Below, in pieces: positions 31,468 to 41,759 of a stretch of DNA of 64,000 bases (position 1 is its first letter; each line of letters starts with the position of its first letter). The notes under the pieces were generated by a model. The model did no database searches, was not told the DNA's origin, and was given only the letters and a program-made list of their open reading frames with translations. This DNA comes from an uncultured Gemmatimonadales bacterium. GTDB taxonomy: Bacteria; Gemmatimonadota; Gemmatimonadetes; Gemmatimonadales; GWC2-71-9. A program made the position numbers and the translations under genes. Where the stretch lies: assembly GCA_963821525.1 (NCBI GenBank), contig CAWGED010000005.1, positions 864,001-928,000 on the forward strand, in the 5' to 3' direction.

Positions 31468-32618
31468 ATGGCGATCGAAGGGCCGCTCAAGGAACTGAGC
31501 ATCCACGATGTCTGCCAGCTCCTTGACCTGAGCCGGAAGACCGGCATTCTCCGCGTCACCTCCGAGCTCCGGCAGAACGCGGGCACCGTCTTCTTCGAAG
31601 AGGGTGTCGTGGTCGGCGCCGAAATCCGCAGCAACCCTCATCCGCTGGGCCGCCTCCTCTACGCCGCGGGCAAGATCACCGAGGAAGAGCTCGCGCGCGC
31701 GAGGGGAGCACAGGCGGCGGGTGACGGCCGCAGGCTCGGCGAGATCCTGGTGAGCCAGAGCGCCATCTCGCCGCGCGAGCTCGCGCGTCACGTGAGGCAG
31801 CAGATCGAAGAAGTCGTGTTCGAGCTGATGGGCTGGTCGGAGGGATACTTCTCGTTCGAGGAGGGCAGAGGAGGGGAATGGCCCACCGAGGCCACGATCC
31901 GGATTCCCACCTCGCTCCTTCTGATGGAGGCGGCCCGCCGGATCGATGAGTGGTCCCGGATCGAAAAGAAGATCTCCCACCTCGGCATCGTGCCTCGCTT
32001 GGGGCAGGAGCCCGCCGCGGACGGTCCGCTCGATCTCTTGCCCACCGAATGGGAAGTCCTCTCAATCGTGGACGGGAACCGCACCATTCGAGACGTCGCG
32101 GCGACACTGGGCCGCTCCGAGTTCGACGTGGCCAAAACGGTCTTCGGCCTGGCCTCCGCCGGGACTCCTCATGCTGGAGGATCCGTCCCGCCGCGCTATT
32201 GAAGAAACCTCGGACGGCGACCTCGCGATGCTCATCGGCGAAGCGGACTCCCACATGGATCAGCAAGACGCCGACGCGGCAGTAGCCGTCGCGGAAGTGG
32301 CGGTGAGTCGCCATCCCGATCAGCCTCTGGCGTACCTCGCGTACGGGCGCGCGCTGCTCACGGCCCAGCGCTACGCCGAGGCCACCGATGCGCTGTGGTA
32401 TGCCGTCGAACTGGATCCGCTATCCACTCCAGGCACCGCCTGCTCGGGCTTGAGTCTGATTGCGATGGGCCGCTTCCAGGAGGCCTCGGAGGTGTGGGAC
32501 CGTTGGCGCCGGCTGGGGCCGATGGCGCCGCGAGGAGTCCGCTCAGCTGCCCGCGGTAGACCGCCTGCGGCAGGCCGCGCTCACGATCGACAACGCACTG
32601 CGAGGTTCCCGTGATTGA
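31468..32618 (+). CDS. DUF4388 (PATAN-like) protein with MshEN-like motif and C-terminal TPRs (frameshifted)
   Basis: MAIEGPLKELSIHDVCQLLDLSRKTGIL, WSEGYFSFE, LLMEAARRIDEW; TPR LAYLAYGRALL. Confidence 0.85.
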
Positions 32619-33439
32619 AGACATCCGGGCCCTCACCGCCCAATTGGCGGCGGACCCGACCAGTCTGGTCTTTCTTCGCCTGGGCGAAGCGCTCCGGGGG
32701 CGAGGGCCAGCTCGAGGCGGCGCAGAAGGTGGCGCTGACCGGGCTCAGCCGTTACCCGCACCTGCCCGACGCTCACGATCTCTACGCCCGCATCCTCGCC
32801 GACCGGCAGGACTACGCCAATGCGTTCGACGAGTGGGACATGGTCCTCCGCATCGCGCCCAACCACGTCGGCGCGAACAAGGGCATCGGCTTCCTCTACT
32901 ACCGGGCCGGCGATCGGGAGAATGCCATCCGGCATCTCCAGCTGGCTCTGTCGGCCGACCCCGGCGATGACGGGCTGCGTACCGCGATCGACCGGCTGGG
33001 TGGAGGCGGTGAGGTATGGGATGCCCCTGAAGCGGCGCCACCGGAGATTACCGAGCCCCTGCCACAGCGCAGTCCGCCTGCTCCCGATCCCTTCTTCGGC
33101 TTCGAAGGCAGTGTGAACCGGCTGCTCCTCGCGAGCGCGGATGGCCTGAGGCTGGGCGGCGGACTCGCCAGCACTGCCGGCGAGGATGTGAGCGAGGTCG
33201 CCGCGGCACTCGTATCCGGCGCCGCGCGCGAAGCGACCCGGGCGGCGAAGCTGCTCGACCTCGGCGAATGGCGCCACGTCACCGTCGAATGCGGAGAGCT
33301 GAGCTTCTGCCTGGTCCAGCCGACGTCGGATACCGGGCTGATCGCGGCGATGGACACGGCGCTTCCCGTCGGCCAGCTCCACTTCCTCGCCGAGCGGGCC
33401 AGCAAGGCCGCGACCTCCTGGCTGGAGCGGGTGCGATGA
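32611..33439 (+). CDS. TPR plus Roadblock/LC7 fusion protein (frameshift near 32700)
   Basis: SLVFLRLGEALR...TPRs; C-terminal LLLASADGLRL...AAALVSGAAREATRAAKLLDLGEWRHVTVEC roadblock pattern. Confidence 0.8.
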
Positions 33440-33788
33440 TGCGCGACTACAAGGCCCTGCTCGAGCCGCTCACCCGGCTGCGTGGTGTGCGTGGCGCCAT
33501 GGTCGTCGCGGCCGATGACGGTGTCGTCGTGGTGGACGCGTTGATGGATGGCATGAAAGGCAAGGCTCTCGCGGCCCTCGCTGCGGCCCTCGCCAGCCGG
33601 ATCGTGGATCTCGAGCTACCAGGGCCTCGTTCGGCCCCGCCAGGTTCATCCAGCTGCAGGCGGCGGAAGGCAGCCTGCTGCTGGTCCCCGCGTCGGAGGA
33701 GCTGCTCCTGGTGACGGTGACCGGCCGTGATGTCCCGCTGGGACTCACCCGGCTCGAGATGCTCAAGGCCGCGGAGCGAATGCGCTGA
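33436..33788 (+). CDS. Roadblock/LC7 protein, MglB/MglC-like (frameshifted)
   Basis: LRGVRGAMVVAADDGVVV...ALAALAA...; C-terminal LLLVTVTGRDVPLGLTRLEMLKAAERMR*. Confidence 0.8.
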
Positions 33789-34250
33789 TGCGGGCCTTGG
33801 AACCCTGGGTAGTCCGGCCACTTGCAGGACTTCGTGTCGGAATCATCCGCGCGATTGACCCTGCTCATGACGACGTCCGGCCAGGTGGTGGCGCAACACG
33901 GATTCACCGGAGCGCTCGACCTGATGTCGGCGGCGGCGCTGGGGGCTGCCATCATCTCGTCGTCGAGCGAAATCGCCCGGGTCATGGATTGGCCGCCCTT
34001 CCGGAATCTGGTGCATCAGGGCCAGCGGCAGGCGCATTATCTGGCCTGGTTCGACACTCCCAGAGGGCGCTGGATTGCGTTCGTGGTCTTCGGCACGGAA
34101 ACCAATCTGGGCCTGGTGCAAGTCTTCTTCGAGCAAATGGTGGAAGAGCTTGCGGCCGCTGCTCCGGTAGAGTCGGCCCCCAAGGAAGTGCTTGCTGTGG
34201 ATTTCGAGCGGGAACTCAACGCGAGCCTGCGGGCTCTTTTCGGACGCTAG
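33788..34250 (+). CDS. mglB: Roadblock/LC7 MglB-type GAP (frameshift near 33820)
   Basis: LTLLMTTSGQVVAQHG...AAALGAAII...FRNLVHQG...VVFGTETNLGLVQ; lies immediately upstream of mglA. Confidence 0.8.
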
Positions 34251-34256
34251 GATTTC

Positions 34257-34859
34257 ATGTCGCTGGTCAACTTCACGACGCGTGAGATCACCTGCAAGAT
34301 CGTCTACTACGGACCGGGGCGGTCCGGGAAGACGACCAACTTGCAGTACATCTACGGCCGGGTTCCCGACTCGCGCCGGGGCCGCATGGTTTCTCTCGCG
34401 ACCCAGACCGACCGTACTCTCTTCTTCGATTTCCTGCCCCTCGACCTCGGCGTCATCTCCGGGTTCACAACCCGGTTCCAGCTCTATACCGTCCCGGGAC
34501 AGGTCTACTACAATGCCACGCGGAAGCTGGTGCTCCAGGGGACCGACGGTGTGGTCTTCGTGGCGGACAGCCAGGCCCGGCGATTGGACGACAATCTGGA
34601 GAGCCTGCAGAATCTGCAGGCCAACCTGCTGGCGCAGGGAGTGGAGGTGCGCCAGTTCCCCATGGTGCTCCAGTACAACAAGCAGGACCTGCCGCAGGAC
34701 CTGGTCCTCACGTCGAGCGATATGGACGAATCGCTCAATTTCTTCGGGTTGAAGAGCTTCCCCGCCGATGCGGTGCGCGGGACAGGAGTGTTCGAGACCC
34801 TGAAGGGGATTTCAGAGCTGGTGCTCAAGCGCCTGGCCGCAGGGAGTTCGGTGACGTGA
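34257..34859 (+). CDS. mglA: MglA-family small Ras-like GTPase
   Basis: [41 protein letters not shown]. Confidence 0.95.
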   Translation: MSLVNFTTREITCKIVYYGPGRSGKTTNLQYIYGRVPDSRRGRMVSLATQTDRTLFFDFLPLDLGVISGFTTRFQLYTVPGQVYYNATRKLVLQGTDGVVFVADSQARRLDDNLESLQNLQANLLAQGVEVRQFPMVLQYNKQDLPQDLVLTSSDMDESLNFFGLKSFPADAVRGTGVFETLKGISELVLKRLAAGSSVT

Positions 34860-36888
34860 GTACTCCGCTGAACCCGCGGTACCGCTTCGACAACTACGTT
34901 GTGGGCGCAGCGAACAAGCTTGCCGCGACCGCCGCCCGCGCCGTGGCCGAGTCCCGGGCGCGGTCTACAACCCGCTCTTCGTCTACGCCGGATCCGGGTT
35001 GGGCAAGACCCACCTGCTGATGGCGATCGGGCACGCCGCCGCAGGAAATCAATCCGCAGGTGACGGTCGAGTATCTCACCCTCGACGACTTCGTCGAAGC
35101 CTTCCATACGGCCATCGCCGCAGGACAGGGAGACGCCTACCGCCGCCGCTACACCGAAGTCGGCGTGCTGCTGGTGGACGATGTGCAGTTCCTCACTCAC
35201 CGGCGCGAAATGCAGGCGGAGCTGCTCCGCCTCACCAACACGATGCTGTCCTCCGGCCGGCAAATCGTGCTCTCGAGCGATCGCCCGCCCAACGAGATCG
35301 AGGCGCTGGATGAGCGCCTGATCCAGCGTTTCGCCGGCGGGCTCGTGATCGACATCTCCGCACCCGATTTCGAAACCCGGGTCGCCATTCTTCGGAGACA
35401 GGCGGAGGAGCGCAAGGCGCAGGTTGACGCCAGCGTGATCGAGACCGTCGCACAACTGCCGCTCGGCAGCGTGCGGGAGCTGATCGGCGCTCTGAACCGG
35501 TTGATCGCGTTCCAGGCGGTGAGCGACAAGCCGCTGGACCCGCAGCAGGCCAGGGCAGTGCTGGGTCGAGTTGGTGTCGTGAAGCAGCCGAGTCCTGCTG
35601 CCGCGGAGGGACCTCCGAGTCCCGCTCAATCATGCCAGCCTGGAGAGTCACCTTCCCCTCGAACCGGAAGCCGTTCCGCCGCCCGAGGAGGAACCGGTGC
35701 TCTCGGGCGATGAGTTCGGCTCGTTCCTCTCCGAGATTCAGTCCGCGGTGGCGCGACAGGTCGAGCCGTGGCGGGTGAGGGTCAACGAGGCGATCCTCTT
35801 CTGGGACGGCGAAGGCTACCGGGTAGACCGGCTGCGCCAGATTCTTGGCCGAGGCATCGCCGGAGAACCCGGAAGCGGCGCTTGGCGCCTACATCGAAGA
35901 CATCGAGCGGCTCAAGCTGCTGCAGGCCGAGATGCAGGAGCTCGATCCCAGCGCCGCGGGCACCGCGCTGTTTCGCGATCCGGACCGGCTCTCCGAAGCA
36001 CTCACCGAAACCGATCGAGCACGCCAGGGCGCGAGCCCTCCGCCGGGACCCTCGCCGCTCTGGACGATGGAATCGTTCATCGAGTCGGCGGGCAACCGGA
36101 TGTCGGTCCGCTCGGCTCAGGCTGTCGTCGCCGAACCCGGAGCGACTTACAACCCGCTGGTAATCACCGGTAGCAGCGGAGTGGGGAAGACCCACCTGCT
36201 GCATGCGATCGGCAATGCCCTCGCCGCCAAGCCCAGGGAAGTCGTCGCCTGCCTCGGCACCCAGGACTTCGTCGATGATCTCATCAAGGCCATCGACAAA
36301 GACCGGGTGAACTGGTGGCGGATCCGCTATCGCCGCATCACCGCGCTGCTCCTCGACGACATCCACCTGTTGTCGGGGAAGGAGCGCTCGCAGGAAGAGT
36401 TGTTCTGGCTCTTCAATCTCCTGCACGAGGGCGGCAAGCAGATGGTCTTCACCTCGGCCCTGCCGCTGCAGGAGATCGAGGGCCTCGAACCACGTCTGCA
36501 GACCAGGCTGAACGGTGGGCTGGTGCTGGAACTCCCCGCGCCCGATCGGGAAGTCCGGGCCGCGATCATCGCCCGTCTGCTCGTCGAGCGAAAGCTGCCC
36601 GCCGACCAGGAGCTGGCGGACTATCTGGCGGGCAGGCCCGCCGACTCGGTGCGTAGTCTGCCCGAGATGCTCCAGCGGGTGCTGCACGAGGCGGATGAGC
36701 GTCACGGCAAGGTGAGTGCCGCCCTCGCGCGTGAAGTGCTGGAGGGCAGTCCTGCTGCCCCGTTGCGGCGCAGCACCGGCTATCGCACCAGCGGCGTGCT
36801 GTCGCCCACGGCGGGGCTCCGCAGCCGGGAGAAGATGGTGTGGGACTGGCCATCGCTGACCGATCGTGTGATTGAGGATCTGCGCTGA
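34856..36888 (+). CDS. Tandem DnaA/Hda-type AAA+ domain protein lacking DnaA domains I and IV (frameshifted)
   Basis: Module 1: [59 protein letters not shown]. Module 2: [45 protein letters not shown]. Confidence 0.88.
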
Positions 36889-38505
36889 TGGCCATCAAGG
36901 GCAGCCTCAAAGAGGCGAGTCTCCCGGACGTTCTTCAGCTCCTCGCGCTGGGGAAGAAGAGTGGCTGCCTGGCCGTGGCTGACCGGCAGAACTTCGGCTA
37001 CGTGTATTTCGACGAGGGACGGATCTGCTACGCGTCCATCGTGAACCGGCGCGACCGGATCGGCGACCTCCTGGTGAAGAACGGGCGGGTCAGTCCGGAG
37101 CAGCTGGAGCAGGCGATCGCGCTGCAGGAGCAACGCGCGGGACAGCAAGCTGGGCGAGTTGCTGGTTGAAATCAGCGCGGTGACGCGAAAAGACCTCGAA
37201 GACTACATGCGGATCCAGATCGAGGAGGCGGTCTACTATCTCTTCACCTGGACCCAGGGGACTTTCAACTTCGAGGCCGGCATGCGGCCGGATCAGGACT
37301 TCCTGGTCCGGATCAACCCCGAGTCGCTGCTCCTCGAGGGCGCGCGCCGGGTCGACGAGTGGAGTCTCATCGAAAAGAAGATCCCCAGCTTCGACCTCAT
37401 CTTCGCCGTCGATCGGGAGCACGTCTCCGACACTGACGTGGAGCTCGAACAGGCACAGGAACGCCTCCTCGGTCTCATCGACGGGCAGCGCGACGTGCAG
37501 GATCTGATCGAGGAGTCGGGCCTGGTCGAGTTCGAGGTGGGCAAGGCACTGTACGGCCTGGTGACGGCGGGATTCGTGCGTCGGGTGGGAACTTCGGCGA
37601 CTCCGGCGCAGCCCCAGGTGAACGAGACCCGGGTCGAGGAGCACCGGAACCTCGGCGTCGCCTTTTACAAGACCGGCATGCTCGAAGAGGCCTCGCGGGA
37701 ATTCCGCAGAGTCGCCGATCTGCGCGCCGCCGACCCCAGCGCTCCGTTCTACCTCGGCCTCATCGCGCTGCGTCAGGCTCGGTGGGAAGACGCGGTCGAA
37801 GCGCTGACGGCGACGCTTGAGAAGGCCGGCTCTCGGCCCGCCGTGCTCTACAACCTGGCCTTTGCTCTCGAGCAGCTCGGCCGGTTGCCCGAGGCGGAGA
37901 CCGCGTACGCCGACGCGGTGAGCAAGTCGCGCGACGATGCCCGGCTGATGCTGGGATGGGGAGTCGTGGCGCTCAAGCGTAACGATTCGGAAGTCGCCAC
38001 CAACCGTCTGGCCCGGGCTCGAGAGCTCTGGGGTGAACGCCCCGTTCCGCCTACCTGGTATTGGGCGATGGCGCTCGCCCTCGCGGGCCAGGCCGATCTC
38101 AACGAAGCGCTCAAGATCGCGAAAGAAGGCGTCGCCGCGTTCCCCTCGGACGCCGTGCTCCGCAACAACCTCGCGGTCCTCCTGGAAATGAGCGGGGATT
38201 TGCCCGGCGCCGAAATGCTTCTGCGCGGGGCCTTGTCCGAGGACCCGACGCTTCCGCAGATCTCGAAGAACCTGGGCGACTTGTTCTACCGTGCGGGCCG
38301 CTACGACGACGCGTTCGAAGCCTACGAGCGCGCCGCCAAGCTGAGCCCCGAGTTGGGCGACGACCTGTACTTCAAGCTGGGCAACATCGCCTTCAAGCGA
38401 CGCGACCGGGAGCGTGCCCGGGTCTGCTGGCAGCGGGTGACCGAGCTCAATCCGGCCCATCAGCTCGCGCGGGCCAACCTCGACACTCTGGAAACCAGCG
38501 CGTGA
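36888..38505 (+). CDS. DUF4388 protein with MshEN-like motifs and C-terminal TPRs (frameshift near 37145)
   Basis: [47 protein letters not shown]; several TPRs (EHRNLGVAFYKTG, VLYNLAFALEQLG, ISKNLGDLFYRAG). Confidence 0.88.
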
Positions 38506-39326
38506 CCGCAGAGCAGGATGCCGCTTTCACCGCTCTTGCGCAGCGCATCGCGGGGCGGGCCGGACTCGACGTCGGAGCTTACAAGGATCGCTGCCTCCGG
38601 CGCCGGATCGCCGTTCGCATGCGCGCCTGCGGCGTCCACACCTACTCGGACTATCTCGGCGAGCTCGACCGGCGTCCCGATGAGATCGACCGGCTCCTCG
38701 ATACCATCACCATCAACGTCACCAAGTTCTACCGCAACCCGGAGACCTGGTCCTGGCTCGAGCGAAACCTGCTGCAGGCGCTGGTCTCCGCCCGGCGGGG
38801 ACGGGTACGGGTCTGGAGCGCAGGCTGCGCTTCGGGTGAGGAACCCTATACCATCGCGATGGTGCTCGCTCAGGCCTGCGCCGCAGCCGGTCGCGAGGAC
38901 TGGATCGACGATGTCCGGATCGATGCTACCGATATCGACCGGGAGTCTCTCGACCGGGCGCGCGCCGCCCGGTACCACGAGCGGGTCTTCAGCGAGACGC
39001 CGCCTGCCTTGGTGAAGCGATACTGCCGTCAGATCGCGCCCGAAGAGTTCGAAGTGGATTCCCGTCTTCGTGCCGTCGTCGAGATCCGCCGGCTGGACCT
39101 GCTGCGGGAGTCCCCCGCCTCGCCCCAGTACGATCTCATCTTTTGCCGCAACGTGGTCATCTATTTCGATCGCCGGACCCAGGAACGTCTGATGGGCACC
39201 TTCTTCGACGCCCTGGTTCCCGGTGGCCACCTGATTCTGGGGAAAGTGGAGACCATCTTCGGACCGATCCGCGACCAGATCACTCTGCTCGAGCCTCGTG
39301 AACGCGTCTACCGGAAGCCGGTCTAG
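38502..39326 (+). CDS. cheR: Protein-glutamate O-methyltransferase CheR
   Basis: TINVTKFYRN, VWSAGCASGEEPYTIAM, ATDID, YDLIFCRNVVIYFD. Confidence 0.95.
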   Translation: MTAEQDAAFTALAQRIAGRAGLDVGAYKDRCLRRRIAVRMRACGVHTYSDYLGELDRRPDEIDRLLDTITINVTKFYRNPETWSWLERNLLQALVSARRGRVRVWSAGCASGEEPYTIAMVLAQACAAAGREDWIDDVRIDATDIDRESLDRARAARYHERVFSETPPALVKRYCRQIAPEEFEVDSRLRAVVEIRRLDLLRESPASPQYDLIFCRNVVIYFDRRTQERLMGTFFDALVPGGHLILGKVETIFGPIRDQITLLEPRERVYRKPV

Positions 39327-39813
39327 ATGGCGGGCGAGCAGATGGTGCGGGTTGCCGAGATCAAGGCCGCTACGGGAGACCAGATCCTGTGTACCCTCGG
39401 GCTGGGCAGTTGCGTCGGCATCGCCCTCTACGATTCGACCGCCCGGGTCGGCGGGCTCGCGCACATTCTTCTTCCTTCGCTCTCGCTGAGCCGTAACAGT
39501 CAGGCTCCAGGCCGGTTCCCGCAGTCTGCAGTGCCCGCACTCATCGCGGAGATGTCGGCGCTTGGTGCCGATCGGCGCCGACTCTTTGCGCGCCTGGTGG
39601 GAGGGGCGAGCATGTTCGCCAACCTCAACGCGCCCGGCTCCATCCAGATGGGCGACCGCAACGTCGTGGCGTGTCGCGAGGTGCTGAGCGCCCACGGCAT
39701 TCCGGTTGTGGCCGAGGCGGTGGGCGGAGGGCCAGGGGCGTTCGATGTGGTTTCACACCGCCGATGGGAAAATCGAGGTGCGTTCGGTCGGGAGCCCGGT
39801 CTATGAGCTTTGA
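39327..39813 (+). CDS. cheD: Chemoreceptor glutamine deamidase CheD (frameshift near 3' end)
   Basis: TLGLGSCVGIALYD...GGLAHILLP, LVGGASMF, MGDRNV. Confidence 0.93.
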
Positions 39814-40872
39814 CCTGCCCTCGGTCCTGGTGGTGGATGACAGCGCGTTCTTCCGGCGCATGATCTCCGAGATCGTCGCCGGTTCCGGCGCAGTTCCGCG
39901 TGGTGGGCACCGCGGCCAATGGAATGGAAGCGGTGCAGAAAGTCCACGAGCTTCACCCCGATCTGGTCACGATGGATCTGGAGATGCCTCAGCTCGACGG
40001 ACTCGGCGCGATCGGGTACATCATGTCGGAAGCCCCACGGCCCATCGTGGTCGTGAGCTCGCACGCGGGCGCCGGCACGTACCGGCTCGATCCGGGCTCT
40101 CGAGCTCGGTGCCGTCGAATTGGTGGCGAAGGAGGACGAGCAGGGCAGGGCGTCGGCGTTGCGAATCGCCCCCCGGCTGCTCGACGCGCTGCGTGCCGCT
40201 CGCGCGGCCGATATCGGGCGCCTGCCGGTTCTCGCCCGGCCGGCTACGGGTCGAGGGGCGGGCTCACGTCAGGGCGCCCAACGAGGCGCGCCGCACGCTC
40301 GCCATTGCCGCCTCAACCGGCGGCCCTCGGGCTCTGGCCGAATTGTTGCCCCAGATTGACCACCGGACAGGAAGCGGCGGTGCTGATTGTGCAACACATG
40401 CCGCGGGGATTCACCCGAAGCCTTGCCGAGCGGCTGGACTCGCAAAGCCGGCTCGCGGTGGTCGAGGCGGAGCAGGACGCTCCCGTTCGCGCCGATACCG
40501 CATACGTGGCTCCCGGCGATTATCATATGCGAATAACCTCCACCGCGACCGGCCTCAGAATCGTTCTCGATCAGGGGCCGACAATCTGGGGAGTTCGCCC
40601 GGCGGCTGATCCGCTGTTCTATTCGGTCGCCGAGTGTTTCGGTGCGGCCGCGGTCGGCGTGGTGCTGACCGGGCTGGGACGGGATGGAGCAGCCGGACTT
40701 CGTGCAATGCACGATGCCGGCGGCATCGGCATCGCGCAGGATCGGGAAACCGCCACGATTTACGGGATGCCCGGCGCCGCCCTGGCCGGCGGAGGAGCCG
40801 ACTACGTTCTTGGGCTCGGTCAGATCGCGGAGCACGCGAACCAGGATTCTCCGAGAAAGGCCGCGGCGGTGA
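39803..40872 (+). CDS. cheB: Chemotaxis methylesterase CheB, REC plus esterase (frameshifted)
   Basis: VLVVDDSAFFR, PDLVTMDLEMP; catalytic ASTGG, QHMP and LTGLGRDG. Confidence 0.93.
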
Positions 40873-41298
40873 AGCAAGCATTGCTCCTGGTCTCTGCCGG
40901 AGGGCGGCAACTCGCCTTCCGGATGGCCGACGTGATCGAGGTGCAGGAGGGTGGAGAGGTGCACCGGGTTCCTGCCGGCGCTCCTGCGCTCGCGCGGAGT
41001 CACCACGGTTCGGGGCCGGTTGGTGCCGCAGGTGCACCTCGGCGCGTTGCTCGACCAGGGTACCTATCCCCCGGAACCCTGTGCGACCGTCGTCGTGGCG
41101 ACCACCGACACCGGTTTGGTCGCGTTCGAAGTGGATGACGCGGACGCGCACCCCGAGATCGAGATTCTTCCGGCTCCGGAAGACGAGAGACTCTCGTGGG
41201 TAAGTGGGGTGCTGCGTCAGCAAGAAAGGTGGGTGCCCGTCTTGAATCTGACAGTCCTGGAGGAACGGCTGCGGACCAGCGAGGTAAGCCACGCATGA
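40869..41298 (+). CDS. cheW: Divergent CheW-domain protein (frameshifted)
   Basis: LLVSAGGRQLAFRMADVIEV...RGVTTVRGRLVPQVHL...VAFEVDD...VPVLNL. Confidence 0.75.
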
Positions 41299-41755
41299 CC
41301 GACGACGAACTGCAATTCGTGATCTTTCAGGTCGGTTCCCAGGCTCTGGCGCTCAGCATCTTTCAGGTCGAGCGCATTCTTCGCTGGGAGCAGCCCGCGG
41401 CGTTGCCCAACGCCCCGGCGTTCCTCGAGGGCGTGCTGCCCTACGGCGACGGCGTGGTCGCCGTGGTGGATCTCCGCAAGCGCCTCGACGCTACCGGCGA
41501 CGCAGCAGGAGGAAACCCGGGTCATGGTGCTGGAGCTGGAAGATCAGCGGGTCGGCATCGTCGTCGATGCGGTGCAGCGAGGTGGTCAGGGTCGATGCGC
41601 GTACCATCACCCCGCCGCCGCCCATGGTGCGGGGCCTGGCCGCCAAGTACATCACCGGCATCCTCAGCCAGCCGGACCGGACGGTCGTTGTGCTCAACGC
41701 GGGCAAGCTCCTCAACTCGAAGGAACGGCTCGCCCTGACCGGAGCGTTGGCCTGA
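41295..41755 (+). CDS. cheW: CheW (frameshifted)
   Basis: QFVIFQVG...VERIL...LPNAPAFLEGV...VGIVVDAV...YITGI. Confidence 0.85.
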
Positions 41756-41759
41756 GCTC

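Noticed and set aside
34856..36888. Canonical dnaA / oriC region
   Set aside because: No domain IV, no dnaN, recF or gyrB neighbours, no intergenic space, and I noticed no TTATCCACA box cluster
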